DNA of 64,000 nt, taken from contig JAUZTB010000127.1 of the NCBI GenBank assembly GCA_034780895.1, forward strand, positions 32,276,956-32,340,955. Direction: 5' to 3'. Shown here piece by piece: positions 26,508 through 39,589 of this stretch. The first letter of the stretch is position 1. Every line of letters starts with the position of its first letter. The stretch is from Rhynchobatus australiae. Lineage: Eukaryota. A model generated the notes under the pieces. The model made no database searches. It worked only from the letters and a program-made list of their open reading frames with translations, and was not told the origin of the DNA. A program made the position numbers and the translations under genes.

Positions 26508-26554
26508 GCCTCCTTCCATACCAGATACAAGCCAGTCTCTGCATTGCCAGATGC

Positions 26555-26820
26555 TGAAGGTGTCAGTTCTACTGCCATACAGCTCCAGCAACCCGAGTTC
26601 AATCCTGACCTCAGGTGCATGTTCTCCCTGTGACAGTGTGGGTTTCCTCCAGATATTCCAGTTTTCTCCTACATGATGTGGTAGAATCTTTGGAGAGTTG
26701 AGAGGAATGTGGGGAAAATAAAATGGGGTTAGTGTAGGATTGTGTAAGTGTGTGCTTTATGGCTGACTTGGACTCAGTGGCCCAAAGGCTCTGTTTCCAT
26801 GCTGTGTGACAATGATTCTA
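26555..26820 (+). mobile_element. V-SINE
   Basis: B-box gagttcaatcctgacctc, V-domain gcatgttctccctgtgacagtgtgggtttcctcc, and a CR1-like tail. Confidence 0.75.
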
Positions 26821-27009
26821 ATACTATAACTCTAGGATTTTATTTAACTTAAAACTCCAATTTGTCTGCACATAACAACTTCCGATATTATGTAAAACTA
26901 AAAACTGCAGATTCTGGAAATCTGAACTAATGACAGAAAATACTCAATATACCTAGCAGGTAAGACAGACAGTGAGCTGGTTGGGCCTCTATTCATTGGA
27001 GTACAGAAG

Positions 27010-27692
27010 AATAGAGTCATACAGCAAATAATCAGGCCCTTCGGGCCAACTGGTCCATGCTGGCCAAGATGCCAATCCAAGCTATTATTATCCATGTACC
27101 AGTCCAACTATCGTTAAAAGTTGTTATTGTACCTGCCTCAACCACTTCCTCTGGCAGCTTATTCCATATACAGATCACCATCTGTGTGTAAAAAAAGTTG
27201 CCCCTCTAGTTCCTATTAAATCTTTCCTCTCTCACCTTAAACGTCTGCCCTCTAGATCTTGATTCCACAACCCTTGAAAAAAGACCAAGTGAACTCACTC
27301 TATCTATGTGCCTCATGATTTTATACACTTCTACAAGACCATCTCCCAGTCTAATATGCTCCAAGGAAAAAGTCCTAGTCTGTCCAACCTCGCCTATAAC
27401 TCAGTACCTTGAGCCCTGGCAACATCCTCAGAAATCTTTTCTGCACTCTTTCCAGTTTAATAACATCTTTCCTATAGCAGGGTGATCCAAAACTGAACAC
27501 AGTACTCCAACTGCAGCCTCACCAGTACGTTATACAACTACAACATAACATCCCATCTTCTATAATCAATGCCCTGACTGATGAAGGCCAGTGTGCCAAA
27601 AGCCTTCATCACCACCCCATCTATCTGTGACTCCACTTTCAGGGAACCATGTACCTGAACTCCAAGGTCCCTCTCTTCTACAACACTCCCCA
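27010..27692 (-). mobile_element. CR1 LINE 3' portion
   Basis: EERDLGVQVHGSLKVESQIDGVVMKAFGTLAFISQGIDYRRWDVML plus a CR1 3' UTR; homologous to 31127-32020. Confidence 0.9.
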
Positions 27693-27873
27693 GGAACAAG
27701 ACTGATCTTATTGAAAGACTTAACATTCTAAGGGGTGATTGACTGGATGGATGCTGAGAGAATGTTTCCCCAGTGTGTGGTATCTCGAACATAGTTTCAG
27801 AATAAGGAGGCACTCGCTCGTCTCTCTGAGGATTGTTAATCTTTGTAGTTTTCTATGTCAGAGAGCCATGGAA

Positions 27874-28587
27874 GTCAGGCAGCATCTTTGGGGAGAAATG
27901 AACAGTCAACGCTTCGGGTCGAGACCCTTCATCGGGGCTGGAAAGGAAGAGGGCAGAAGCCAGAATAAGGAGGTTGGGGGAGGGGGAGGATCACAGGCTA
28001 GCAGGTGATAGGTGAGTCCAGGTGAGGGCGGGAAGGTAGGTGGGTGGGGGNNNNNNNNNNNNNNNNNNNNNNNNNNNNNNNNNNNNNNNNNNNNNNNNNN
28101 NNNNNNNNNNNNNNNNNNNNNNNNNNNNNNNNNNNNNNNNNNNNNNNNNNNNNNNNNNNNNNNNNNNNNNNNNNNNNNNNNNNNNNNNNNNNNNNNNNNN
28201 NNNNNNNNNNNNNNNNNNNNNNNNNNNNNNNNNNNNNNNNNNNNNNNNNNNNNNNNNNNNNNNNNNNNNNNNNNNNNNNNNNNNNNNNNNNNNNNNNNNN
28301 NNNNNNNNNNNNNNNNNNNNNNNNNNNNNNNNNNNNNNNNNNNNNNNNNNNNNNNNNNNNNNNNNNNNNNNNNNNNNNNNNNNNNNNNNNNNNNNNNNNN
28401 NNNNNNNNNNNNNNNNNNNNNNNNNNNNNNNNNNNNNNNNNNNNNNNNNNNNNNNNNNNNNNNNNNNNAGGGTCTCAACCCAAATGTCAACTGTTTATTT
28501 CCCTCCATAGATGCTGCCTGACCAGCTGAGTTCCTCCAACACTTTGTGTGTTACTCCAGATTCCAGCAACTGCAGAATCTCTTGTGT
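27874..28587. mobile_element. Penelope-like element with inverted terminal repeats (centre lies in gap 28051-28468)
   Basis: 27874-27928 (gtcaggcagcatc...cagtcaacgcttcgggtcgagaccct) is approximately the reverse complement of 28469-28522. Confidence 0.8.
27903..27940 (-). ncRNA. Degenerate type I hammerhead ribozyme motif
   Basis: Minus strand reads CAGCC-CCGAUGA-A-GGG-UCUCGA-CCC-GAAGC-GUU-GACUG. Stem II is intact; there is one substitution in each core box. Confidence 0.55.
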
Positions 28588-30959
28588 ATTCAAGGTGGAG
28601 ACTGACAGATTTGAACTACAAAGGAGATAATGGGCATGGGCAGAGAGTAGCAGGGTGATGTTGAGGCTAAGAGTGGATTAGCCATGATCTTAGTTGTTGG
28701 TAGAGCAGGCTCAAGAGGTCAATTGGCCTAACTCTTCTCTTGTTTCTCATATCCTATGTTCTATTCAGGTAGCATCTACAGGGAGAGAAACAACAATATC
28801 ATCAGTTTGAACATTAATTCTGTTTGACTCTGTACAGATCCTGCCTGACCTGCGCAATATCATCAGCATTTTTCTGTTTTTGTTGCATCGTTATATGGCA
28901 TTTGCTAATCCCCAGTGCAGACATATGGCACGAACAACATAGAAGTTATTTAAAAAGAGGTTTAAGAGCTAAATGTTGCAATCAGGATCAGTGTACATAT
29001 GACTCACATCTGAAAGAAATCAAAAAAGAAACAACCAGGAGAGCCCAGATGTGAGCTAATATTAATGGCAACAATGGTAGAAATACTAAAAGTGGCCACA
29101 GCATTCTTAAGTTAGAGATGGTCCCTATTCTTATTAGCTATCCAGGGACCCCTACCATAAAATGGTTATGTGCAGGTGACGTGAATGGTCAGATTTGGAT
29201 TAATTGTAATGTCCCTTTACTGACTATTGTGCTGATAAGAGCACATGTGAAACATTTTCACATTTGGGAATGACCAGCACCTGTAGGAAAAAATTGCACT
29301 GCAAAATGAATTAATATCTTTAAAAACAGGAATTGGTCACCAATGAATAGTAGCAGGAGATGGGCCAGAAAGGAATAATTTTATTTTCAAAGTTGCTCAA
29401 TAATGTTTGCTAGCAAAATACTAAGCATAGACAAAATAAACTTATCTTCTTCCTTTATTCCAGATCAATGGGCAGCGAATTATTGAAACATTTCTCCTCA
29501 GGGAGTGTTGCAGAAGGTTCTGGGTGTGACTCACTTTTATTACACTTAAACCCTTGTAGTGGTTTGCCACCAATCTATAATTAGATCTGAACAAAATGTC
29601 TTCCATGTAGAATGTGGTCACAACAAAATTTCATTGTAAGCAGATCTGATGTGCTATATAACTTTAAACTATTCAGATAACAAGAGAAATGGAGATTAAA
29701 ACATAGCTTGGTAAACATCAAAGTATTTTAAATGCCACCAAGAGGCAATGAGAAAAATACATAAATAATATTTCAGTATCTTGCCTATAACAGGTAATTG
29801 ATACACCACCAGTGGAAGTCAGGCATGGCAAAGGAATTAAGGAATTGTTTTTCTTTGAATATTTAATATGTGCTTCAGAACATTATAACTTATACAGTTC
29901 AATTAATATGGGGATTCTCTTTTATATTTAACATAATGCACAGTTATTTTCATTTAGTCTCTTTTATTTGCTTTTGCGTGATACTGGCATTGCTGTATTT
30001 ATTGTCCCTTCTTGTATACCCTGCGGCGTATGCACCTCTGAGACATAGGGTTTTTGCTCTACTTGACCAATCATTTCTATTTAGCTTTTGACTGTAAAAC
30101 TAAAATCTACACTGAAGGTTGAAATCACATAAGCCACTCTCCAATTTACTTACTGACTTCAAACAAAATGGCAGCTAAAAGACTGAAAGGTACACATTTT
30201 AAATTTATGCTCAGAGAGAGCAATTTTAATTTTTGATGACCGAGCAATCAAAATTTGTTATACACATTGCCNNNNNNNNNNNNNNNNNNNNNNNNNNNNN
30301 NNNNNNNNNNNNNNNNNNNNNNNNNNNNNNNNNNNNNNNNNNNNNNNNNNNNNNNNNNNNNNNNNNNNNNNCATTGCCTAAATGTGCTTTTTACTGGCCT
30401 GGTTACTAGAATGCAAAATCAGGCAAAGTGTTTAATACACAATATGATGGTACCCTTTTAATGTTCTCAAACATAAAATCATCTCCAATATCACCAAGAA
30501 GGTCAGGCGGGGGAAGCAGGAACTGCAGTTACATTGGTAAAATCTAGTTCAGTAGCACTGCCTACACAGAACATGAGCGTGAAATATAAATGTGAAACAT
30601 TGATATCTCTGGTATCTAAGTTTTGAAAGTCTCAATAAAAATAGCATTAACAGGAACTCAGTCCTGTGTTAAGCCACTAATTAACAGCACAGTAGGAAGC
30701 TAAATAGGTTAAACTTGGGATTTTGCAAAGCATATATTTAAACCAGCTGGTTGTTGAATAATAATTGATCTTGTCCTTTGTACTAGAAATATAACTTACA
30801 ATTCAAATACCATAAAAAGTACCAAAAGCTTTTTGCAAGCAGACAAGTTACAACATCAATAATTGACAAATTGGTTGATAAATCATTAGTAGATTGTTTT
30901 CCAGGCACTATATGTAAAGTTCATGAAATTCTGACGAGGTTGTCAAGTAAGGAGGTGTT

Positions 30960-32025
30960 GATAGCGAAGATGTTTATCGTAGATTAAAGGGGTATCTCGA
31001 TCAGTTAGGGATGTGGGCTAAGGAGTGGCAAATGGATTTCAATCAGTTTAGTGTGAGACGATGCATTTTTGAAAGTCAAACCAGTGTGGGACTTATACCA
31101 CGAATGGTAGGGTACTAGGGAGTGTAATGGAACAGAGGGACCTAGGAGTACAAGAGCAGAGCTCATTGAAAGCAGTGTCACAGGTAGACAGGGTGATGAA
31201 AAAGGCATTTAGCATGCTGGCTTTCATCTGTCAGGGCATGGAGTACAGGAGTTGGGACATTAGGTTGCAGTTGTACAAGTCATTGGTGAGGCCACACCTG
31301 GAGTACTGTGTACAGTTTTGGTCACCCTGTTACAGGAAAGACATGGTTAANNNNNNNNNNNNNNNNNNNNNNNNNNNNNNNNNNNNNNNNNNNNNNNNNN
31401 NNNNNNNNNNNNNNNNNNNNNNNNNNNNNNNNNNNNNNNNNNNNNNNNNNCAAGTCATTGGTGAGGCCACACCTGGAGTACTGTGTACAGTTTTGGTCAC
31501 CCTGTTACAGGAAAGACATGGTTAAACTGGAAAAAGTGCAGAAAAGGTTTACGAGGATGCTGCCAGGGCTAGAGAGGGCCCAAGTTATAGGGAGAGGTTG
31601 GCTAGTCTAGTCTTTATTTATTGGAACATAGCGGAATGGAGAATGGGGGCGACTTTACAGAAGTGCTTAAAATTATGAGAGGCATAGATAAGGTAGATGG
31701 TAACAGTCTTTTCTCCAGGGCAGGGGAATCCAGAACTAGTGGGCATAGGTTTAGGGTGAGAGGGGAAAGGATTTAAAAGGGACCTGAGGGGCAACTTTTT
31801 CATACAGAGGGTGGTGAGTATATGGAACGAACTGCCAGAGGATATGATTGAGGCAAGTACAATAGTATCATTTAAGAAGCACTTAGATAAGTACATGGAG
31901 GGGTGGGGCTTGAAGGGATATGGGCCAAACATGAGAAATTGGGACTAGTTGAGTGGGTACCATGGTCGGCTTGGACTTAGTGGGCCAAGGTGCCTGTATC
32001 CATGCTGTATTGCTCTATGACTTTG
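30960..32025 (+). mobile_element. Relatively young CR1 LINE, 5'-truncated
   Basis: EQRDLGVQ...KAFSMLAFICQGMEYRSWD...[24 protein letters not shown]...[15 protein letters not shown], then a 3' UTR ending ctctatgact. Confidence 0.95.
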
Positions 32026-32399
32026 TGTAAGATCATTTGATCCACCTCAATGTGTTCTCCATTGCTTCAGTTACTTCTTAGGAAAACCTTATCACTGAGA
32101 CTTTATGACAAGTTCTCTGAATATTAATATCCTTCCTTATTTAAAGCAGGTCTCACATTAGAAGAAGTGTGACTCACTAACTTTTATGTTTGTCTAGCAT
32201 TAACCAGTACTGGGGACACAATGCTCTATCTCTCCACCCTCTTTCTTGACTGCCTCCACATGGTCAAACAACTTTTCTGATACCTGGTAAGGGTTGAACA
32301 GAAACATCCTTCATCTAAGCCATTGTTTTCATCAATTATTTATTAATCACTGATGCCATCCTTCCACCAGTTTGATGTGCAACCTTGATGGCATATCTG

Positions 32400-32880
32400 A
32401 CCCCAAGATCTTTGGACTACAGTTTGAATAACTGTACTTTTGTATCTCAACTCAGCTCATCAGTGGCTGGTTTCTCTCATTCCATTCACCTGTCACTTGT
32501 GTTTTCTGACCTATGTTGGCTCCCAAGTTAACAATACCTTGATATTAAAATTCCTGCATCCTCTCCATGTCTCTATCTCGTTACACAATCCGCTAACACA
32601 CCAAAAACACTTCACTCCTCCAATTCTAGCCTTTGGATCATCTCTGAATTTAATCAGTTCACTCTAGCGGCTGTGTCTTCAGAAGCTGAGATGCTAAACT
32701 CTGGAATTCCCCTCCATAAATATTTTCACCTCTCTCCTTGTTGCTCAAGCTTCCTAAAACCTTGTTTCCGTTCCAGCTTTGTGTCATCTTTCTTATTTCC
32801 TGTAATTAGATTTGCATCAATTACTGTTTGAAACACCTCAGAACATTTCGCTATGCTAATATTGCTATTGTTGTTACTGT
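32400..32880 (+). mobile_element. L2 LINE 3' end
   Basis: cggctgtgtcttcag...actctggaattcccctcc...cttcctaaaacc, with tail ctattgttgtt. Confidence 0.65.
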
Positions 32881-33096
32881 CCTTGTGGTTGTAAGTTCTG
32901 GTCTGGGATTCCTTTGGAGCTGCCGCCCACCAACATTGTAACTTCACCAGAAGAGCAGCTAATCTGGCATACTTTCACCAATTTTATAATTAATGTTGAG
33001 GAACATTTCCAAGGCTACATAAAACATTCATAAATTGCAACTTTCACAATGCTAGAAAATAAAATTCATTTTCTCTTTTCACTGCATCAGAGTATG

Positions 33097-33490
33097 CATT
33101 GTCAACAACAACTTTCATATTTGAAAAGTTGTCTTTAACATTGTAAAACATTTGAAGGGATTTCACAGGAATGTTACAAAATTTGGTGCCAATATTTATA
33201 TTAAGGTTTATTAGAACAAATGACAAGAAGCTTTGTAAAAGAAAGTTTTTCCAGGAGTGACTAGAGAAAGATTAAAAGGCAGAGAGAAGTGTGGGAGAGA
33301 ATTCCACATTTAGGGCCAAGGATACTAAAGTCAGAGCAGCTAACAGTGGATCAAAGGAAAAATAGGGATATGCTACCAGCTGGAACTGGAGGAAGATCTT
33401 GAATGGTCCTAAGTTTGGAGAAGATTTCAGCGATGGGTGAGGAAAGAACATGGAGAGATTTATACATAAGACTATTAGACAGTGAGCCAA
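33097..33490 (-). mobile_element. L2 LINE 3' end
   Basis: aacaacaactt...taacattgtaaaacatt...gagagaattccacatttagggcc is the reverse of the L2 tail. Confidence 0.65.
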
Positions 33491-33722
33491 GTGTAGGTCA
33501 GCAAGCATATTGGGGATGGATGACCAGAACCTGACGCATTTTAAAACTCTGCCACCCGTATTCTAATGAACTTATTTATTGAAGAACATGGGATGGAGGC
33601 TTGCTGACAGTATTGGGATATGTGAGTTAGGAGAAAACATAGGCATGAGAGATTCACCAAGGGATGGACTGAGACAGGAGAAGTTCTGCCCTGCTGCAAT
33701 ACAAAAGATAGAAATCCCGTTT

Positions 33723-33865
33723 GTATTGTCAACAACAATTTTTGTTTTTAAATAATCATGCATTAACATAGTAAAACATTTGAAGGTATTTCATAGGAAC
33801 ATTACAAGATTTGGCACCAAATTTTACTTGATGAAGCATTATTAGAACAAATGACCAACAAGGTT
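33723..33865 (-). mobile_element. Second L2 tail fragment (direct repeat of 33097-33228)
   Basis: attgtcaacaacaa...taacatagtaaaacatttgaagg...attagaacaaatgac. Confidence 0.65.
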
Positions 33866-34084
33866 CCATATCACACTGTTGGAGGGATTGAATCAGTCCT
33901 AAGAAATAAAGCTGATGAAGTCAATGGTTTATTTGAAAGAGGTTTCCACTGATCCTTTCCTGCATGTTAGATAAGTAGTCTGACCATGTGGAGACAGTCA
34001 AGACAGATGGCAGAGAGGTAGAGCTTTATGTCGCCTCTCACTGATTAGTGTTAAACAAATATTAAAGTTTGCGAGTGACACCTC

Positions 34085-34475
34085 TTGTGAACAGTTGGAA
34101 GCAGGTAATTTTGGGTCAGAATACTGGGGTCCAAGTCTTATTCTAGGACTTGAGTACAAAACCAGCTGACACTCCAATGTGGTAACAAAGGAACACAGTA
34201 ATGTCATAGATCCTTTTAGTTATTAAACCAGGGGCCCATGTGCCCTCTTAAGTTAGGCATAAAAAGATCCCATAGCAGTGTCAAGGGTAATACACAGCAC
34301 CACTCTTGGTGCCCTGGCTTTATTCTTCAGTTCAAATTACTAAAACTGCTTAGTTCATGCCTTTTAGCAACTTGGTCACTACTTTTCTCTATGTTAAAAT
34401 ACCTTTCAAGCAGCTCACTGATTGTGTAACACATTTTGGAGCACAAACATTATAATATAAATGTAAGCACTTCCT
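34085..34475 (+). mobile_element. Deu-domain SINE (SacSINE1/AmnSINE1-like)
   Basis: gacttgagtacaaaaccagctgacactcca...ttaaaccaggggcccatgtgccctct...aaaagatcccatagca...ggtgccctggc matches the recalled DeuSINE central domain. L2-like tail tataaatgtaag. Confidence 0.7.
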
Positions 34476-36279
34476 TTAAACATCGTGTTTTTCCAAACAG
34501 AACATCTGGGGTTTGGAACATGGAAGCCTAAGGCATAAGGTTTCAAAGTTTGAAGACGTCTGAAGCTTGAAAACTAAAAATATACGATACAAGGGAGGGA
34601 GCAGGAGGAAAAGAAACTAACTATGGTTCAGCCAAGAAGGAACTGAAGTGGGATCTGGCTACTCTTTTATAAAAGTTGTGTAACAGGTCGGAATCTGACA
34701 AGCCACAGAAAACTGCAATAGCCTGTTTCTAAAGGAACATGTAAAATATGTTTAAAAAAATAAAGCTGGCATTGAACTCACAGCATAGCCAAATGCTAAA
34801 GGTTAGCCAACAGCCTGCTGCTGCAATATTTGTCCTTCAGTTCGTGGAGCACTGTCAATATCTTCTTTCAGTAACATTAAACAGTTGTGCTTGTTTGTGT
34901 TATGAAAAGTTTGTAACAAACTGTTCAATGTTTGTCTGGTTTTCCAGCTGCTAGACATGATATTACATTGAGACAATTTGTTGAGGGTTCGTGCTGCTTG
35001 TTTTTTTTCATTTGGGACATTTACAGTTATGTTCTATTTTGTAACTCATTCAGATTTGAAAGTGATACTATTTTATGACTGTAGAATGCTTGTTGACGCT
35101 GGTTGTCAGATTTATATGGCTGGGGAGGCAATTATTGCTCGTTATAAGGCTTAACAATCTATTCAACAGCTTCAGATGAGGTCACATGAATGGATGCAAT
35201 GTCATGAGAAATGGATCTATCTGGGCAGGAATTCTGTACATGGATTGCCACTGTCATAACTTAGGTCATTCCTCACGTACCACTTGTGGAGCAAGAGAAC
35301 ACAGCTGCCCAGCCTGTCCTCAAGTAACTGAGGGTTGTCTAGACTTTCCTTGTAAGGTTAAAGTCTGGGACTTCACCAGGTTGCAGTCTGTGAATATTCG
35401 CAGTCAGCCGAGTGATGGGCCATTGAGAGGTGGGGGTATCGTCTGTCTGTAGGATTTGCCATGCATCCGGATAGGGTCTGCTGGATTTTAGACAATGAGA
35501 GGCTGGCAGTTCATAAAGTTGTCAGATTAAGTTAGGCTTTTAGAGGGGATCCTTCAAACTATCCAGTCATAGTTGTTAAACATTGTGTAGTTTTGTTTTT
35601 TGAAATCTGTGCAGGATTTTACAATAAAGTTAAAAACTAATTTAGTTAATACTAGAACTTAGTCAGTATATCGAGTGACAGTGATTTATTCAAAGGATGT
35701 AGACATTCCCAGTATATTGTCCATCCTTAACTTTCTCCTATTTCAGAGGGCAGTTAATGGTTGGTGGATTTGAAATTACACAAAGGCTGGATATATTAAT
35801 GAACCAGTTCTGAACTCATGTTTGCAGCAATCTTTCATCAAGAAAATCTTTGATGTCTGGTAAGCTTAGTCAACTGTCAACATTTCAAAATCAATAGGAT
35901 GTTTCCGAATACTTGACATTCAGAAAAATACTCAAAATCACTCAAAAACAATTAAATTAATGAAGCCATGAAACATTCAACATTTAATAAAAATGCTTAA
36001 ATATTGAAGTAATTAAAATATTCTTTGAATGAAATTTATTTTGTTAAATGTGAACTCAATATTCTATTATTTACTGCCATTAAAACTCAATTTTTAAAAA
36101 TAAACTATGCAATGAATCACAACCTATTTTTTCCTTAAAACTCACTCGACAGGCCTTTCTCAACATTACACATAATTTGTGAAGAACCACTAGAATACAT
36201 TCTTGCAATCCCCAGTCCCCCACCTATTTGTCATCTATACTCTGCTTCTGGGCAACATTATTCATAGACTTCAAGTTCA

Positions 36280-36885
36280 CTTGTACATTAACAACTGCCT
36301 GCAATTCCTTAACAACCACCGTCTCAGCTCCTTTTTCTCTTGAATATATTCAGTCTTGGACATCTACATCTTCCTCCTGTTTAATATTGGACCCAGCTAG
36401 AAACTTTGCTCCTTTTCCCTTGATCCCAAGTCCTCCCTGTCTGAGGTCAAACCAAGCTGTAACCTTGGCCTCCTATTTCATCCTGAGCCGAGCTTCCAAC
36501 CTGGTCTCACCAGCTTCATCTGGGAATCCTACTTCCAACTTTGCTTAGCTAATCAGCTATCAAGACTACCATCCACAATTCTGTCATTCAGATTCAACTA
36601 GTTCAAATTCTTTAATGGCTGGCTTCTCATCCATCACTTAAATAAATTAAGCTCACTTCAAACTTTACTCCTTTAACCTTACCCTTATTGGCCATACTTT
36701 CTGCCCTCTAGGTCCTAAACTCTGAAATTCCAACTCCAAACCACTCTGTCGCATCACCACACTCTTCTCCTTTAAATTTCCCTCCCGCACCAAGCTTTTG
36801 GTCTCCTTTGGCTTTTTATCCATTTTGACTCTTGCAAAAAGCCATTGGACATTGTCAAAGGCCCTATAAAAATGGTAAGTTATTT
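36280..36885 (+). mobile_element. Decayed L2 LINE RT C-terminus and 3' UTR
   Basis: accatccacaattctgtcattcagattcaactagttcaaat resembles IHAFVTSRLDYSN. UTR ggtcctaaactctgaaattcc...ctataaaaatggtaagtt. Confidence 0.65.
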
Positions 36886-37377
36886 TCAAAGAAAAATTGC
36901 AATTATGACCTAAGTCAGTCAAAAGAACAAAAGCCCTTTCAGAAATGTTGGTTTGGAGAGTATGCTCCATTTCACGTGCTGCATGCTCTGCTGTGCATTG
37001 AAACACTCTCAAAGTTAACTGGCGTTTACTGTTTTACACAATACTAAGAGGAGTTTGAGAAGAGTAGTGTCTGTGGATTGCCAGCAGAACTGCAATAGTT
37101 CATCATTGGATTAATATTGGCTTAGCAGGGAAATTACCACTGTGACAAGCTGAGCCAAGCTTTCTGCAGAATTCACACCTTCATACCAGCTTTCCAAGTC
37201 ACCCTCATCACTGTTCGGACTTGACTATGAAAAATATTTGAGCTAATGTTTCATTCAAATCAATGCAATCTTTTTAACCTTATTGTCTGCCCTAGAATAT
37301 GAGATTCCTTAGTTAATTGCACAGTCAACTGGTAAATGCATTTCATAAATGAACACATAGGTGTGTATTGTTCCAAA

Positions 37378-37680
37378 AAAACACAGGAAAATAGGAGCAG
37401 GAGACGACCTCTTGGACCCTCAAGCCTATTCCACCTTTCAACATGATCAGGCTAATCTGCCCCAGGCCTCAACTCCTCTTCTGTGCCACTTCCCCATAGT
37501 CCTGAATTCCCTGTTCTTTCAAACATTAATCCACCCCCTTTTTAAACATCTCCAATGATCTAACCTCTGCAACTCTCCAGGGCAGAGAATTCCAGATTTT
37601 CACCACCCACTACAAAAAAAATCTTTCCCACTTCAGTTTTGAATGATCTTCCCCATCTCAGTTTTAAATGTTCTTGTAAT
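37378..37680 (-). mobile_element. CR1 3' end
   Basis: aataggagcaggag...acatgatcaggctaatctg...ggcagagaattccagattttcaccaccc. Confidence 0.8.
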
Positions 37681-39589
37681 CATATCTCCTACAGGGATGA
37701 TACATGAAAGATTCGAAATTTGGAGAAAATTATCGTACACACAGAAACAGAGTGAAAGAGCCATAGGCATTTTATGCATTATCCCAAGATGTTGCTCCAA
37801 GGAACAAACTGTGTTGTTGCAATAATGTTAAAACCTGGGTAGTTTTCTTGTTAAAATGTTTAAAACTTGGTTAAATCACAATGCCACGGGCAATCTTGGC
37901 ATTGAATAGGCTAACTGACATGCAGTGCCTGTGATGAAATATAACTGCTGGTTCATTTCTGCTGTGACTTTATTAAGTAGTACATAAACCCTTTTCTGGT
38001 TTATATATGCAACTGGAAAAAAAAAAATCAGCATTATTAAAATTTGCCTAAGCAAGCTGTAAAGTGACTTAGTCAAAATTGACATCTTGTACAGATTAAA
38101 TCTTATCAAAATAACTGCAGTCAATTCAGAAATTTTAAATGAAATGTTACTTTTAATTACTTTGCAGAACACAACTGCTCAGCTATCTTCCAAAACATAT
38201 TGTAAAACAAGCTATGACCCTCCAGCATTCACCCACAACCTGTCCCCTATTTTTGAAAAATACTGACAACAGTATGGCAGCCAATGAGCTGGATGGAGGT
38301 GGTGCAGGGTGTATAACTAGACTTGTGGTAGTTGTCTACACACCATGCAATTTACTCAGAAAACAGAGTCTGTTTTAAGAGAAGAAACAACAGAACCTGG
38401 CAATAACTACAGTTAGTTCTCCTCCTTTGGTCCTCATAAGCAGGGGATACCACATCATCAGCAGTGAATAGATAGTTATCATATACTGAATTACCAATAG
38501 TTCAAGCAATTCGACTCACCCAGTAGGAGCACAGGTTGAAGGTATCAGCATAATTTATTTACATTTTTTTTTACTGTCTGGCTATCAGTTTTGAAAATTC
38601 TTTTAAAAATGTATCCAATTATTTCTGACTGAAAATTCAGTTCACCAGAGAACTCTCTATATTCCTATCAGTTGCAAAGATTTAACAATTCTATTGTAAT
38701 CAGCTGAGTAGAGAGGTCAACATCAACATTCTCCACTAAGCTTAATTACCTATTATGTGCGGGGCATGTTTAAATGTAAAAAGCAAGCTATCAGTACAGG
38801 AATGGCTCACTTACCTCCTGCGTTAACATTGTGCCTATGTTCAAGTATTTATATCTCCCAAAATAATCTTGGAAAGTAGGAATAACTTCCCTTTTCCTAT
38901 TGTGTGCTCACCAATAATGTCAATCCTTCTATATTCTGTGATTTTTTTGTTTAAATAAAGTTTATAATGCAGCTTAAGAAGTACTCTTAACTNNNNNNNN
39001 NNTCTTATAAGTTTCAACAGATACTCTTTCCCAGATTTGCTTTCTCTTCAAAGTCCTGAGTTGTGCAATTGCCTCTCAATAAAATTTACATTTCTCTCAC
39101 CTTGAGACTTGCCAACTTTTCTTTGGTTGCAACAATGAAATCCAGATTTTATTTTGAAAATGAAAATGATCGAGCAGCAGCTGTCTTAAACATTGCACTG
39201 AGTCTCAGGAGATCAGAAGCCATTGGAAAGTAGCTGCTGGTTGGTTGTCAGAAGTAAAGAGTCAAGCAGAAGGTTGTCAATGGAGGGAAAAGAAATAATT
39301 TCTGGTAGTCTGTTAAATCACATGAAGAGGGCTTGTTGCTACTTCATCATTCCAAAGTTGTCCTAGGAATGCTTCGTCCCCAAAACAAAAGTTAAACATT
39401 GTTTGTTCAGCTTCTAGCTCAGGTCCCTCTTCCTTGAATTTGTGTGAAAGCCTAAACTACTTCCCTATTCAAGCCCTTGATTCAAAAAGCAAACAGATGT
39501 CAGCTATGGCATTGAAGCCCCCGTTGCATGTTTGAATAAAGTTCTCACTAGTTTGTAGCATGACCTTCTCACAAGCTCAGAAGAGCAGT

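Larger units (their letters stand above)
27700..28760 (+). mobile_element. Older CR1 3' fragment, split by the Penelope-like insert at 27874-28587
   Basis: gaggattgttaatctttg...gagagccatgga before the insert; attcaaggtggagactgacagattt...tcctatgttcta after it. Confidence 0.7.

Noticed and set aside
31276-31525. Identical 75-bp duplication (31276-31350 and 31451-31525) inside a CR1
   Set aside because: The copies sit exactly on either side of a 100-N gap, which indicates an unmerged contig overlap (assembly artefact).
33097-33865. ~130-bp direct repeats about 625 bp apart, possibly LTRs
   Set aside because: Both match the L2 3' tail seen elsewhere in the window; no TG...CA ends, PBS or PPT were seen.
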